From Acidobacteriota bacterium (GTDB lineage Bacteria > Acidobacteriota > UBA6911 > RPQK01 > JADFOI01), in the NCBI GenBank assembly GCA_036338435.1, contig JAYZCG010000009.1, positions 7,733 through 71,732 of the forward strand: a stretch of 64,000 nucleotides of DNA, given 5' to 3'. The position numbers and the translations under genes were made by a program. Below the pieces are notes generated by a model. It saw only the letters and a program-made list of their open reading frames with translations, made no database searches and had not been told where the DNA came from. Shown here in pieces: positions 48,266-58,423 of this stretch. Position 1 is the first letter of the stretch. Each line of letters begins with the position of its first letter.

Positions 48266-49666
48266 TCACCCCACATGGTCGATTGTGTCACTTTGAACTA
48301 CAATCTCTATCGCAACTGAATCATCACTTGAAATCCGATGATCTGGGTGAGGGGGAAAGCCCTCTACCCACATAATCTGGTTGTTTCCTTCCAGTATCAA
48401 CAACTTGTCGCGTCTGCTCTTGGAAATCCGCTTACTCTGAAGTAATTCTTTGAGTTTCTTGGACCCAGATCTGGAGGAAGTACGATATTCATCCCCAGGA
48501 CGACGATTTCGGACAATCAGACTGTCCGTTTCCCACCTAACAAAGATCCCCTTATCCTCTACTTTGTCCACCTTTCGAACCATGATGGATTTTTCCGCCT
48601 CCTTTATACGAACCTTTCCCGGCACACTGAGCTGATACCAAAAAGCACTGGAAAAGGATTCTTGTGTGAAACGCAGTTCTTCAAACTCTCTTTGTACCCT
48701 AAGACCCCCAGGAAGATGGACTTCTCTACCACTGCCCGATGTGCACAACTCAGCCACTGCGGCAATGTGCTTAAAAGTGATACCACGCAGATCTCCCTTC
48801 GTGCTCATCACACCTTGCCTCAACACCTGCTTCTGAATGATTGAAGGAAATGTCTCCAACTCTTCTATCTGGATCCGAATCTCCCCCTCTTGCTGGACAA
48901 GACATTGCTCAAACGCTTTCCTACCATGTAGCACCAGATAGTCATCGATTTCCTTAAAAAGTTGGCTGGATCGGTGTAATGTCTCCACAATCGCTGGATT
49001 TAATTTGTTTTGTAGAAGGGGGAGTAGTTCATGACGAACCCAGTTCCGGTCGTAACTTAAATCTCGGTTAGAACGATCCTCTCGATAATCTTGCTTATTC
49101 TCTTTAAGGTAAGCAAGAATATCCACCCGTGAGACTTCTAAAAGTGGTCTCACTATCATAGTAGTGCCTGTCTGGGAACCAGTGTTCAAGTTACTGGACC
49201 TCACCAGAGTCGAAATACCGGAAAGACCTGTAGATCCTGCTCCCCGTACTAGCCTCATCAAGAAAGTCTCCACTTGGTCATTTAGAGTGTGTCCGGTCGT
49301 GACCTTATGTTTTGGGGAAAGTGCAAGCTGGCCGAAAAAATCATAGCGAAGTCTTCGTGCACAACTCTGGAGATTCTCTCCACTAGATCTAACTTCCCGT
49401 CGCGTATCAACCCTTTGCACTTCAATAGGTATTCCAATCTCTTGGCACAAATCGCACACAAATCGCTCATCCTCATCCGACTCTTCTCCCCTCAACAAGT
49501 GGTTTACATGAGCTGCAGACACGTGTAGAGAGAGACTCTTTGTTAATTCTTTTAAAACCAATAACAGGGCCACGGAATCAGAACCACCCGAGAGCGCGAC
49601 AATTATCCGGTCTCCTGCCTCGAAAAGTTGGTGTCGACGAACAGTCTCTAAAACTTTGTTAATCAT
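48266..49666 (-). CDS. tilS: tRNA(Ile)-lysidine synthetase
   Basis: ALSGGSDS, AHVNH, ARRLRY, HTLNDQVET, RPLL and DRSN; start refined to 49666. Confidence 0.95.
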   Translation of the reverse strand: MINKVLETVRRHQLFEAGDRIIVALSGGSDSVALLLVLKELTKSLSLHVSAAHVNHLLRGEESDEDERFVCDLCQEIGIPIEVQRVDTRREVRSSGENLQSCARRLRYDFFGQLALSPKHKVTTGHTLNDQVETFLMRLVRGAGSTGLSGISTLVRSSNLNTGSQTGTTMIVRPLLEVSRVDILAYLKENKQDYREDRSNRDLSYDRNWVRHELLPLLQNKLNPAIVETLHRSSQLFKEIDDYLVLHGRKAFEQCLVQQEGEIRIQIEELETFPSIIQKQVLRQGVMSTKGDLRGITFKHIAAVAELCTSGSGREVHLPGGLRVQREFEELRFTQESFSSAFWYQLSVPGKVRIKEAEKSIMVRKVDKVEDKGIFVRWETDSLIVRNRRPGDEYRTSSRSGSKKLKELLQSKRISKSRRDKLLILEGNNQIMWVEGFPPHPDHRISSDDSVAIEIVVQSDTIDHVG

Positions 49667-49716
49667 ACCTTTGCTTACTTGACAGAATAACTTAACTGGT
49701 CGTATTATCACACTCG

Positions 49717-49820
49717 GAACTTATCAAGAGTGGCGAAGGGAACGGGCCCGTAGATGCCACAGCAACCAGCCTAAAAGAGCGTGGTGCTAATTCCCGCAGG
49801 GTGTTCTGGGAGATAAGTTC
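49717..49820 (+). promoter_or_regulatory. SAM-I (S-box) riboswitch
   Basis: P1 GAACTTATC...GATAAGTTC with core ATCAAGAG, GAAGGGA, GGCCC, GCAACC and GTGCTAATTCC matching the S-box consensus. Confidence 0.93.
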
Positions 49821-49837
49821 GATGTCGAAAAACATCG

Positions 49838-49871
49838 AAGCCCTTTCTTACCAGGAAGGGCTTTTGTTTTT
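49838..49871 (+). terminator. Intrinsic terminator of the riboswitch expression platform
   Basis: AAGCCCTTTC-TTACCA-GGAAGGGCTT stem (one G-U pair) followed by TTGTTTTT, between the aptamer and ATG 49939. Confidence 0.8.
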
Positions 49872-49938
49872 ATGGGCTCACGTTCTATCGAGTTCTGGCT
49901 TCGGCCAGAGGGACGTTTTGCCGGAAAGAATACGGAGT

Positions 49939-51201
49939 ATGAGCTATTTAAAAAGCTTGCAGTGTAAACATTGCGGGAAAGAATATCCGCCTGATCGAAG
50001 CTTTGTTTGCCTAGAATGTTTTGGTCCTCTGGAAGTCACCTATGATTACGCAGCGATTCAGACCGATATTAGTCCAATAGTTTTTAGCCAGCGGGCACAG
50101 AATTTATGGCGATATCGGGAGTTACTCCCGTTGGAAGGAGACCCCATTCAGGGGTTTAACTCAGGCTACACCCCATTGGTAAAAGCAAAACGACTAGCCA
50201 AATATTTAAATGTCAAAGAACTCTACCTCAAAGATGATTCGGTCAACCATCCTACTCTCTCTTACAAGGATAGAGTCGTCCCAATTGCTTTGAGCCGGGG
50301 TGCTGAGTTGGGTTACACGGTTTTTTCCTGTGCCTCCACGGGCAACTTAGCTAGTTCCGTAGCCGCCCACTGTGCCCGGGCTGGCTTCCCCTGCCTCCTT
50401 TTTATTCCCCACGATATCGAATCGGCTAAGATCACTGGCTCCCTGCTTTATAAACCTCACATAATTGCGCTGGAAGGCAATTATGACGATGTCAATCGCC
50501 TATGTGCAGAGATCGGCGATCACTATGGTTGGGGTTTCGTCAATGTTAATCTGAGGCCGTACTATACTGAAGGGGCAAAAACCATGGGCTATGAAATAGC
50601 CGAACAATTGGGTTGGAAACTCCCTGATCACATGGTCTTACCCACTGCTGGCGGAACTCTTCTCCCCAAAGTGGCCAAAGCCTTCCGAGAGCTAATTGAC
50701 TTGGACTGGGTTGAGGGTCAGTGCCGCATCCACTCTGCGCAAGCAGCAGGGTGTGCGCCGATTATCCGCGCCCTTCATGATGGGCATGATGCCATCGAAC
50801 CGGTGAAACCGGATACGCTGGCCAAATCGATCGCCATCGGCAATCCCGCTGATGGGCCTTACGTTCTCCAGGCAGTGCGCGACTCCGGGGGTTGGGGTGA
50901 ATCTGCAACCGACCCAGAAATCTTAGAGGCGGTTGAGCTGCTAGCTAAGATGGAGGGGATTTTTACAGAACCTGCTGGGGGAACTACTCTTGCAGCAACC
51001 ATAAAGCTGATCCACCAAAAACGGATTGACCCGAACGACACGATCGTAGTAGCTATTACCGGAAACGGCTACAAAACTCTCGATGTCTTTGAGTCTCAAA
51101 GACATGTGGACGTGACCTTGAGACCAAATTTACGGGTCTTTCGTGAATGGTACGAGGAACACCAATTAGTCTCCAAAACCCAGGTGGAAATGCCTGCCTA
51201 A
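49939..51201 (+). CDS. thrC: Threonine synthase-like PLP enzyme
   Basis: CxxC...CxxC N-terminus, PTLSYKDR (PLP Lys), CASTGNLA and ITGNGYKT; start refined to 49939. The actual reaction may differ (see findings). Confidence 0.8.
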   Translation: MSYLKSLQCKHCGKEYPPDRSFVCLECFGPLEVTYDYAAIQTDISPIVFSQRAQNLWRYRELLPLEGDPIQGFNSGYTPLVKAKRLAKYLNVKELYLKDDSVNHPTLSYKDRVVPIALSRGAELGYTVFSCASTGNLASSVAAHCARAGFPCLLFIPHDIESAKITGSLLYKPHIIALEGNYDDVNRLCAEIGDHYGWGFVNVNLRPYYTEGAKTMGYEIAEQLGWKLPDHMVLPTAGGTLLPKVAKAFRELIDLDWVEGQCRIHSAQAAGCAPIIRALHDGHDAIEPVKPDTLAKSIAIGNPADGPYVLQAVRDSGGWGESATDPEILEAVELLAKMEGIFTEPAGGTTLAATIKLIHQKRIDPNDTIVVAITGNGYKTLDVFESQRHVDVTLRPNLRVFREWYEEHQLVSKTQVEMPA

Positions 51202-52436
51202 TGATCCATCCCACCAAAATCAAGAAATATGGCGGCAGTTCAGTTGCCTCTGTGGAACACATATGCAGAGTGGCCCAGGATCTCGTATCTGAACATCAGA
51301 AAGACATCTCCCAAGTAGTCGTTGTTTCGGCAATGTCCAAGACCACCGACCAGCTAATGAACATGGCCCTGCAGGTGAATGCCAACCCTCGGGCCAGAGA
51401 ACTCGATATGCTCTTGACTACGGGAGAGCAAGTGTCCGTTTCCTTGCTCACCATGGCCCTCCATAATCTTGGAGCTAAGGCCATAGCGCTTACCGGGGCA
51501 CAATGTGGCATTCTGACGGACGGCAAGTTCGCTCAAGCTCGTATTCAGAACATCGAAATCGAGAAGATAAAACGTCTACTAGATGACAACAACATAGTAG
51601 TCGTGACTGGGTTTCAGGGCATCACCACAGACCACGAGATTACAACTTTAGGTAGAGGGGGATCCGACACTACTGCGACTGCACTGGCTGCAGCTGTGCA
51701 ATCGTCTGTGTGCGAGATCTATACTGATGTGGACGGCGTCTTCACGGCCGACCCTCGCCTTGTTCCTGAAGCTCGACTACTAAAGTTCATCGGCTATGAT
51801 GAGATGCTGGAATATGCCGCATCCGGCTCCAGAGTATTGCATCCCAGATGTGTGGAGTTGGCAAAAAAGTTCGATGTTCCCCTAGTGGTACGATCCAGCT
51901 TACACCACCGACCTGGCACTACTATCGTTAAGGAGGAAACCTTGGAAAAAATAGAAATCACAGGGGTAACAGGTGACGCTGGAATCGCCCGCATCGCACT
52001 GACACAAGTAAAGAACATTCCAGGCACAGCAGCCAAGATTTCAGCATGTCTGTCCGAAGCAGATATCTCTATCCGTCTCATTATTCAGGGTATCCGTCAT
52101 GATGCGACTAACGACTTTTCACTGATCATCTCCGAGGAAGATGCTGAACACGCCAAAACCATTTTGGAAAAGGCGGCCCAGACAGTTGGAGCCGAAAAAG
52201 TCAAAGTTAATACCAACGTCGCCAAAGTCTCAGTAATTGGATCAGGTGTGGCCAGCAATCCTCGGGTTGCAACGGGTATGTTTCGGGCTCTGGCAGATCA
52301 AGATATTAACATCGAGCTTATCAGTTCATCTGAAGTGAGAATCGCATGCATTATTAAACAGGATCAACTAGATTCAGCTATTCTGGCGATCCACAAAAAA
52401 TTCGATTTGGCAAATTTTGAACGGCACGAGATATAA
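51201..52436 (+). CDS. lysC: Aspartate kinase
   Basis: KYGGSSV, SAMSKTTD, TLGRGGSDTTA, YTDVDGVFTADP and two ACT domains; TAATG overlap with the upstream gene. Confidence 0.95.
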   Translation: MIHPTKIKKYGGSSVASVEHICRVAQDLVSEHQKDISQVVVVSAMSKTTDQLMNMALQVNANPRARELDMLLTTGEQVSVSLLTMALHNLGAKAIALTGAQCGILTDGKFAQARIQNIEIEKIKRLLDDNNIVVVTGFQGITTDHEITTLGRGGSDTTATALAAAVQSSVCEIYTDVDGVFTADPRLVPEARLLKFIGYDEMLEYAASGSRVLHPRCVELAKKFDVPLVVRSSLHHRPGTTIVKEETLEKIEITGVTGDAGIARIALTQVKNIPGTAAKISACLSEADISIRLIIQGIRHDATNDFSLIISEEDAEHAKTILEKAAQTVGAEKVKVNTNVAKVSVIGSGVASNPRVATGMFRALADQDINIELISSSEVRIACIIKQDQLDSAILAIHKKFDLANFERHEI

Positions 52437-52579
52437 TCCTTCCCTCCGCTCAAAATATCTAACACATCCCCCCAATCCAATACACCAACATGCTCACTAG
52501 ACCTAACAACCCGGTGGGTTAACTCGGGTCGCTATGGGCCGTTCAAGCTACCCTTTCGTGTCCATAAATTGATCACTTC

Positions 52580-52614
52580 GTCACTTTGACAAAGTGACAA
52601 CTATCGCTTAAAAT
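52580..52614 (+). promoter_or_regulatory. Sigma70 promoter of carD with a perfect palindrome over the -35 box
   Basis: TTGACA 52586-52591, 17 nt, TAAAAT 52609-52614; GTCACTTTG-A-CAAAGTGAC at 52580-52598; AGGAGG RBS before ATG 52650. Confidence 0.7.
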
Positions 52615-52649
52615 GAACCCAACTCATCATGTGAGATTCAGGAGGCTTC

Positions 52650-53165
52650 ATGAACTATAAAATCGGCGAAAAAGTTATCTACCCCAACCAAGGAGTGGGG
52701 GTGATTGAGGAAATTTGCACAAAAAATATCGCTGGACAAAAGGGCGAATTCTACATGCTCCGGATAGTCTCCAACAACTCTACGGTGATGATCCCAAAAA
52801 ACAACATGGAGAACGTGGGCATCCGAAGACTTTGCGGTCGACGAGATGTTAAAACTCTTCTCGAGATCCTCAGGGACGGACTCAGCGAACATCATTCTGA
52901 TTGGAAGAACCGGTATAAGATAAATGTCGAAAGGATGAATTCAGGATCAATTCTGGAGGTCGCCCAAGTCCTCAAAAACCTTTTTTTCCTAAATTTTCAG
53001 AAGAGTCTCTCCTTCCGTGAGAAGAAAATGTTCGACCGTGCCCGACAGCTAGTGGTCTCAGAAATTGCTACGGTTCAAGACCAAAGCCTGGACGAGGTTG
53101 AAGAAATGGTCAATAACTTGCTCACCGAAACCTACGAGCAAGTTCAAACTCCGATGCCCAACTAG
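52650..53165 (+). CDS. carD: CarD family transcriptional regulator
   Basis: YKIGEKVIYPNQGVG, WKNRYK and EKKMFDRARQLVVSEIA. Confidence 0.93.
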   Translation: MNYKIGEKVIYPNQGVGVIEEICTKNIAGQKGEFYMLRIVSNNSTVMIPKNNMENVGIRRLCGRRDVKTLLEILRDGLSEHHSDWKNRYKINVERMNSGSILEVAQVLKNLFFLNFQKSLSFREKKMFDRARQLVVSEIATVQDQSLDEVEEMVNNLLTETYEQVQTPMPN

Positions 53166-53267
53166 ACTGTTACTTCTATTCCTTCTCGCTGCTACAAGTC
53201 GTCTTGGAATCCGGTCAGCGAAGAATGTCAGGATCTCAGGCTGTAAACGCGCGGGCCACCCCGCAAA

Positions 53268-54272
53268 TTATAGATCCCCTTTACGGATCATTAGAGCTGC
53301 TTCCTTAGCAAAATAGGTGAGAATCAAATCAGCTCCGGCACGACGGATAGCTAACAAACTCTCCGCTATCACCTCTTCTCTTTTTAGCCACCCTTGGTTG
53401 GAAGCTGCGCACAGAGACGAGTACTCACCACTAACTTGGTAAGCAGCAACCGGAACTGTTGTCAATTGACTCACCTGATAAATCACATCGAGACAAGGCA
53501 ATGCCGGTTTGACCATGACAATATCAGCTCCCTCATCCAAATCTAGCTGCACCTCCTTGAGAGCTTCGCGAGAGTTGGCCGGATCCATTTGGTAGCTTCT
53601 ACGATCGCCTAGCTGGGGTGTAGATCTAGCAGCATCTCGGAAAGGGCCATAGAAACTGGAAGCGTACTTGACAGCATAAGAGAGAATCGGCACATCTTCC
53701 CTACGCTCCTGATCGAGAGCGATTCGAATAGCGGCTACCCGGCCATCCATCATGTCAGAAGGGGCAACAACGTGGGCTCCTGCGTCGGCATAGGCCACCG
53801 CGGCTTGGGCTAATAGTACTAAAGTCTCATCATTCTGGACGGTTACCTGATCGGTTTCCGAATTGCGGTCTACAATTCCACAATGTCCATGATCAGTGTA
53901 CTCACATAGGCATACGTCAGCAAAAAGCAGTAGATTGGGAACTTCTTTTCGAGCCGTTTCTAGTGCCCGACAGATTACTCCGTCCCGTGCATAACCGGCA
54001 CTCCCTTTTGCATCTTTTTTGTCATCGCCAGGAATCCCAAAAAGCATTACAGCCGGTATAGAAAGTTCCCTAACCCGTTGTAATTCCTCAATTAGAGTGT
54101 CTTGAGAAAACCGGTATTGACCTGGCATGGATACAATTTCCTCTCTAATCCCTTTCCCTTCCACTACAAATACCGGATAGATTAATTGAGTAGTTGAGAG
54201 GCGGGTCTCACGTACCATTCGTCTCAGAATAGGGTTCTCACGCAAGCGACGGGGTCTCAATACTGGCTTCAT
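53268..54272 (-). CDS. hemB: Porphobilinogen synthase
   Basis: RPRRLR, DVCLCEYTDHGHCG (Zn type), APSDMMDGR, SSFYGPFR and MVKP; start refined to 54272. Confidence 0.96.
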   Translation of the reverse strand: MKPVLRPRRLRENPILRRMVRETRLSTTQLIYPVFVVEGKGIREEIVSMPGQYRFSQDTLIEELQRVRELSIPAVMLFGIPGDDKKDAKGSAGYARDGVICRALETARKEVPNLLLFADVCLCEYTDHGHCGIVDRNSETDQVTVQNDETLVLLAQAAVAYADAGAHVVAPSDMMDGRVAAIRIALDQERREDVPILSYAVKYASSFYGPFRDAARSTPQLGDRRSYQMDPANSREALKEVQLDLDEGADIVMVKPALPCLDVIYQVSQLTTVPVAAYQVSGEYSSLCAASNQGWLKREEVIAESLLAIRRAGADLILTYFAKEAALMIRKGDL

Positions 54273-54300
54273 AACATTCTTCTTGAGGACGGAGTTTCTA

Positions 54301-54373
54301 TGGCGGTGGAGGGATTCGAACCCCCGACGCAGCGGATATGAGCCGCTTGCTCTAACCACTGAGCTACACCGCC
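54301..54373 (-). tRNA. tRNA-Met(CAT), elongator type
   Basis: GGCGGTGTAGCTCAGTGGTTAGAGCAAGCGGCTCATATCCGCTGCGTCGGGGGTTCGAATCCCTCCACCGCCA forms a full cloverleaf with a CAT anticodon and G1-C72 pair; CCA is not encoded. Confidence 0.93.
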
Positions 54374-54425
54374 GTTGAACTGATAATGATAACAAACAGG
54401 AGTAGGGCTTGGAAACCGTCCGCCT

Positions 54426-55718
54426 TCACTCCGTAATAATCGGGATCACAAAAGGGTCAACGCAGTTGAAGTCTAAAGACTTCATTTCCTCCACGGCTTC
54501 CTGCATGGGGGAGAACCCAGTGGGTTCGACTGTAATGACAAAAGGGAAGTTAGAGCGATCTGACCAACTCTCCTGAAGAACCAAATCTATATTGATGTTT
54601 CGATCTGCTAAAATCTGGGTCAAGGTAGCGATGATACCAGGCTGATCCTTCACGAAAAACCTCATGTAAAAAGGATATAAATCCTCATCTCCGCCGCCTA
54701 TGGCCATTTCTCCCAAAGAGAATTGTGTGCCAACTGTCTGCTGCTCTTGCTGGGCAGCACGTAGAATATCCGCCACAACTGAGACCGCAGTGGGGCCTTC
54801 TCCCGCACCACTTCCACTCAACAATACTGGACCCAGCGTCGCTCCCGTGACTTCAATGGCATTAAGAACTCCGGAAATCTTGGACAATGGAAGGCTGTTG
54901 CCCACCAAAAAGGGTCCTACGCGGAGGTGTAACTGGTCTGATTGTGTGGTCGTAACACCCAGCAACTTAATTGTGGAATCGATCTTCCGAGCATACAAAA
55001 AATCCACTGCATTTACTTCTTCGATCCCCTGTGTGGGGATTTCTTGTGAATCAACATTGGTATGAAAACAAAGCGTGCTCAAAATGGCCAACTTGTCACG
55101 GGCATCTACTCCGGAGACATCTAGTGTGGGATCGCTCTCAGCATACCCAAGAGATTGGGCTTTGGTGAGAGCATCTTGGTAGTTAGTTTTCCCATCACTC
55201 ATGGCCGAAAGAACGAAGTTGCACGTTCCATTCAAGATACCCCGAATCCGCAGGATTTGATCCGAAGAAAGAGAATTATTGACCACCTGAATTATGGGAA
55301 TACCCCCAGCCACTGATGCTTCGAATCCGAGATGAACGGCAGCTTTAGTAGCCTGTTGCCTGTAATCCGTACCGTGGAGGGCCATCAACGCCTTATTCGC
55401 TGTTACTACACTCTTTCTATCTCCCAGAGCCGAACGAATGATCTGATCAGCAGGATCAATCCCACCGATTAGTTCGACTACTATGTCCGCAGGAACCTTT
55501 AGGAATTCATCCAGCGAATTAGTGAAGATTGGTTCCGATAATATCCACGAGGTATCTTTCTTCTGGTAGCTACGATCCAAAATCATTACCAGTTCAAGAT
55601 CAATGCCGAATCTCTCACTATAACGAGAGGCTTCTCGTTGTAGGAGTCGAACCACACCACGCCCCACCGTACCGAACCCGGCCATAGCTACACAGACTTT
55701 ACCGGAAGTTGATGCCAT
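54426..55718 (-). CDS. hom: Homoserine dehydrogenase with ACT domain
   Basis: AGFGTVGRG, VVTANKAL, FEASVAGGIP, GILNGTCNF, GAGEGPTAVSVVAD and FFVKDQPG. Confidence 0.95.
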   Translation of the reverse strand: MASTSGKVCVAMAGFGTVGRGVVRLLQREASRYSERFGIDLELVMILDRSYQKKDTSWILSEPIFTNSLDEFLKVPADIVVELIGGIDPADQIIRSALGDRKSVVTANKALMALHGTDYRQQATKAAVHLGFEASVAGGIPIIQVVNNSLSSDQILRIRGILNGTCNFVLSAMSDGKTNYQDALTKAQSLGYAESDPTLDVSGVDARDKLAILSTLCFHTNVDSQEIPTQGIEEVNAVDFLYARKIDSTIKLLGVTTTQSDQLHLRVGPFLVGNSLPLSKISGVLNAIEVTGATLGPVLLSGSGAGEGPTAVSVVADILRAAQQEQQTVGTQFSLGEMAIGGGDEDLYPFYMRFFVKDQPGIIATLTQILADRNINIDLVLQESWSDRSNFPFVITVEPTGFSPMQEAVEEMKSLDFNCVDPFVIPIITE

Positions 55719-56081
55719 CGCCCCATCCTCACTTTCTGGATCTACCAAGAAGAGTATATCTCACGACCTATCCAGTATTATGCATAAATTATCTCCTGAG
55801 ATGCCGAAATCATTCGTCCTAATTCTGGAGACCTATGTTCGGTCTATACGACACGCTCTTAAAACACCCCTCTCCAGTCCATATTGACATCGCAAACTCA
55901 TGCCCTTCACAACAAAACCAGGTTCGGAATCCATGCCTTAATTTGTATGGCAAAGTACTCCTGAAAATTAACATCATTCTTTAATTGATTTTTTAAGAAA
56001 GATAAATATTTTATGAGGTCTCGTATGTCCTCACCCTGATATGATTGACCACCTCTAATTGGAAAGCGATTTTATTGAACG

Positions 56082-58385
56082 ATGGAAACTCTATTTACTT
56101 TCCTGTTTAAGTATGAGCCGTTCGTCTTTGATAGAGGGCAACTCACATTCCAATGGAGTCTGGACGCATGGGTGACAACTCTGATTCTACTAATCCTGGC
56201 GATCTTCCTCTTTCTTGTCCACCGCCGTTCTTTCCCTCGTTCTCAAGGGTTAGACGGATGGATCTTACTAACCCTACGTAGCAGTTTCTTCTTTCTACTC
56301 TTCCTGCTGGCTATGAGACCCAGTCTAATCATTCCCCAACTGGTTCCCAAAGAGAACCTACTGGCCATATTGGTGGACAATTCGCGAAGTATGGGCATTG
56401 ACGCTAACAACAAAAAACCTCGTGGAGTGCATGTACAGGAATTAGTTGAGAAGGACTCCGATTTTCTAAAAGACTTAGATGAAAAATTTTCCCTTCGGCT
56501 CTTCCAATTTGACTCAAAGGTAAGCGAACCTAACCGTTCCTTAGAATTAGACTGGCTTGGAGATCAAACTAATATTGTCTTGGGACTGAAAGAGGTATTG
56601 GCAAGCACCAAGAATATGCCCCTTGCTGGCATTCTGCTTTTCTCAGATGGCTCAGACAACAGCTATCGTGATCTACAAGAGGTACTGTCCGAGCTAAAGA
56701 CTCGGCAAATCCCAGTCCACACCATTGGAATGGGCCCAGAATCGCCGACTCGAGACATCGAAATTACCCAAGTCAGTGCTCCACGTGTCTTGATTCCAGA
56801 AACCATCTCAGAAGTTCGTGTCACCTTCCGACACCATGGTTTTGGAGGTAGCCTAGGCCATCTTGAAGTGCGTGAAAGTAATTCGCTGATCATGACCCAG
56901 GAAATCCACTTTCCACGTGACTCCAACACTCTTACAACAACAGTCAAAATAGCTCCCAAGTCAGCGGGAATTAAAAGCTATCATTTCACTCTCCAGCCAC
57001 TTGTAGGTGAAGAAATCCAGAAAAACAATTCCCGTACTGCGATTGTCCAAGTCCGTAATCTGCCGGCTCGAATCCTCTATGTCGAAGGCCATCCACGATG
57101 GGAATACAAGTTTATACGACGTGCCCTCGTTGGAGACGACCATCTCCGTCTGGTCACACTGCTACGTACTGCGCTTAACAAATTCTATCGTCAGGGCATC
57201 GAAGAAGAAACAACTCTGGCAACTGGCTTTCCTTCAAAACGAGACGAACTATTTAACTACCAAGGTGTTCTCTTTGGCAATGTTGAGTCCTCATTTTTCA
57301 GTTATCAGCAGATGGAAATGGTTCGTGATTTTGTAGGACAACGGGGCGGTGGATTTCTCATGCTGGGAGGCAGTAGCGCCTTTGCCGCAGGCAAATATCA
57401 AAACACGCCAATTGAAGAAATCCTCCCGGTCTGGCTCTATGAAGAGGAAGATCGACCCCGATCACTTTACATCCAGGAAGAAAGTAAGATTCAACTTACC
57501 AATCAAGGCCTCCGGCATCCTGCTTTCCAGCTTTCTGGTGAAGATGCACAAAACTTGTCTCAGTGGGATTCTATCCCGGCACTGCTAGACTGGAATGTTG
57601 TCAAAGGTATTAAGTCAGGAGCAACCATTCTGGCAAGGCTCAACACCTCGATGGGAAACACCCCCGAAAATGACAATCCTCCACTTTTTGTTTCCCAGCG
57701 CTATGGCCGCGGCCACACACTGGCCATGCTTACGGGAAGTAGCTGGCAGTGGCAAATGCTTCGTGATCACGAGGATCAAACCCACGAGATATTTTGGAGG
57801 CAAATCATGAGATGGCTGGTCAGTTCAGCCAGGGATCACATAACCATTGAAACCGACCGCGAAGTCTATTCTCAGAACGAACCCGTCCATCTGCGAGCTG
57901 AGATTAGAGACAAGTCTTTTAGTCTTATCAACGACGCACAGGTTGAGGCCTCCATCACCTCTCCAGGAGGAGAAGTCGAGGCTGTGGCACTACAGTGGGA
58001 CGCGCATGAAGATGGAGTTTATCGAGCTCAATGGACTACCCATGAGGATGGCCTCCACACCGTTGGGTTAACAGCCAAAACCAAGACCCAAGAAAACATC
58101 AAAACTTTTGAAACGGACACTGCCTTTCTGACCTCGACTGGGTCGCAGGAATATTTTGAGGCCTTTCAAAAAAAGGACTTCCTCGAAAAACTCGCCCTGG
58201 AAACAGGGGGATCCTACTACACCGTATCTGAAACGGACCAGATTCCTGAGCAAATCATGTACACCAAGTCTCACACATCCGTAATCAAAATACTCGATAT
58301 ATGGGATATGCCCTTTAATTTATTTGTGATGATATCGCTTCTTTCTGCAGAGTGGATCCTTCGAAGAAGATATGGACTGATATAA
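56082..58385 (+). CDS. Membrane protein with vWA-like and GATase1-like domains
   Basis: N- and C-terminal TMs; LVDNSRSM and FSDGSD (MIDAS-like), LYVEGHPRWEYKF, and GGGFLMLGG. Confidence 0.75.
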   Translation: METLFTFLFKYEPFVFDRGQLTFQWSLDAWVTTLILLILAIFLFLVHRRSFPRSQGLDGWILLTLRSSFFFLLFLLAMRPSLIIPQLVPKENLLAILVDNSRSMGIDANNKKPRGVHVQELVEKDSDFLKDLDEKFSLRLFQFDSKVSEPNRSLELDWLGDQTNIVLGLKEVLASTKNMPLAGILLFSDGSDNSYRDLQEVLSELKTRQIPVHTIGMGPESPTRDIEITQVSAPRVLIPETISEVRVTFRHHGFGGSLGHLEVRESNSLIMTQEIHFPRDSNTLTTTVKIAPKSAGIKSYHFTLQPLVGEEIQKNNSRTAIVQVRNLPARILYVEGHPRWEYKFIRRALVGDDHLRLVTLLRTALNKFYRQGIEEETTLATGFPSKRDELFNYQGVLFGNVESSFFSYQQMEMVRDFVGQRGGGFLMLGGSSAFAAGKYQNTPIEEILPVWLYEEEDRPRSLYIQEESKIQLTNQGLRHPAFQLSGEDAQNLSQWDSIPALLDWNVVKGIKSGATILARLNTSMGNTPENDNPPLFVSQRYGRGHTLAMLTGSSWQWQMLRDHEDQTHEIFWRQIMRWLVSSARDHITIETDREVYSQNEPVHLRAEIRDKSFSLINDAQVEASITSPGGEVEAVALQWDAHEDGVYRAQWTTHEDGLHTVGLTAKTKTQENIKTFETDTAFLTSTGSQEYFEAFQKKDFLEKLALETGGSYYTVSETDQIPEQIMYTKSHTSVIKILDIWDMPFNLFVMISLLSAEWILRRRYGLI

Positions 58386-58423
58386 AGGACACTAAAGTGA
58401 ACGCGCGTGGAAGAAAGGAAGTT

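Noticed and set aside
54301-54373. tRNA-Ile2 (TilS substrate) or initiator tRNA
   Set aside because: The G1-C72 pair and lack of three consecutive G-C anticodon-stem pairs exclude fMet. The GGCGGTG acceptor (G4-C69, G5-C68) resembles elongator Met rather than Ile2.
54273-54395. 41-aa N-terminal extension of HemB in the ORF track
   Set aside because: It is a read-through of the tRNA-Met gene; the real start is MKPVLRPRR at 54272.
54200-54430. tRNA as an integration site for an island
   Set aside because: No integrase and no duplicated tRNA 3' end were seen in the window; the flanks are housekeeping genes.
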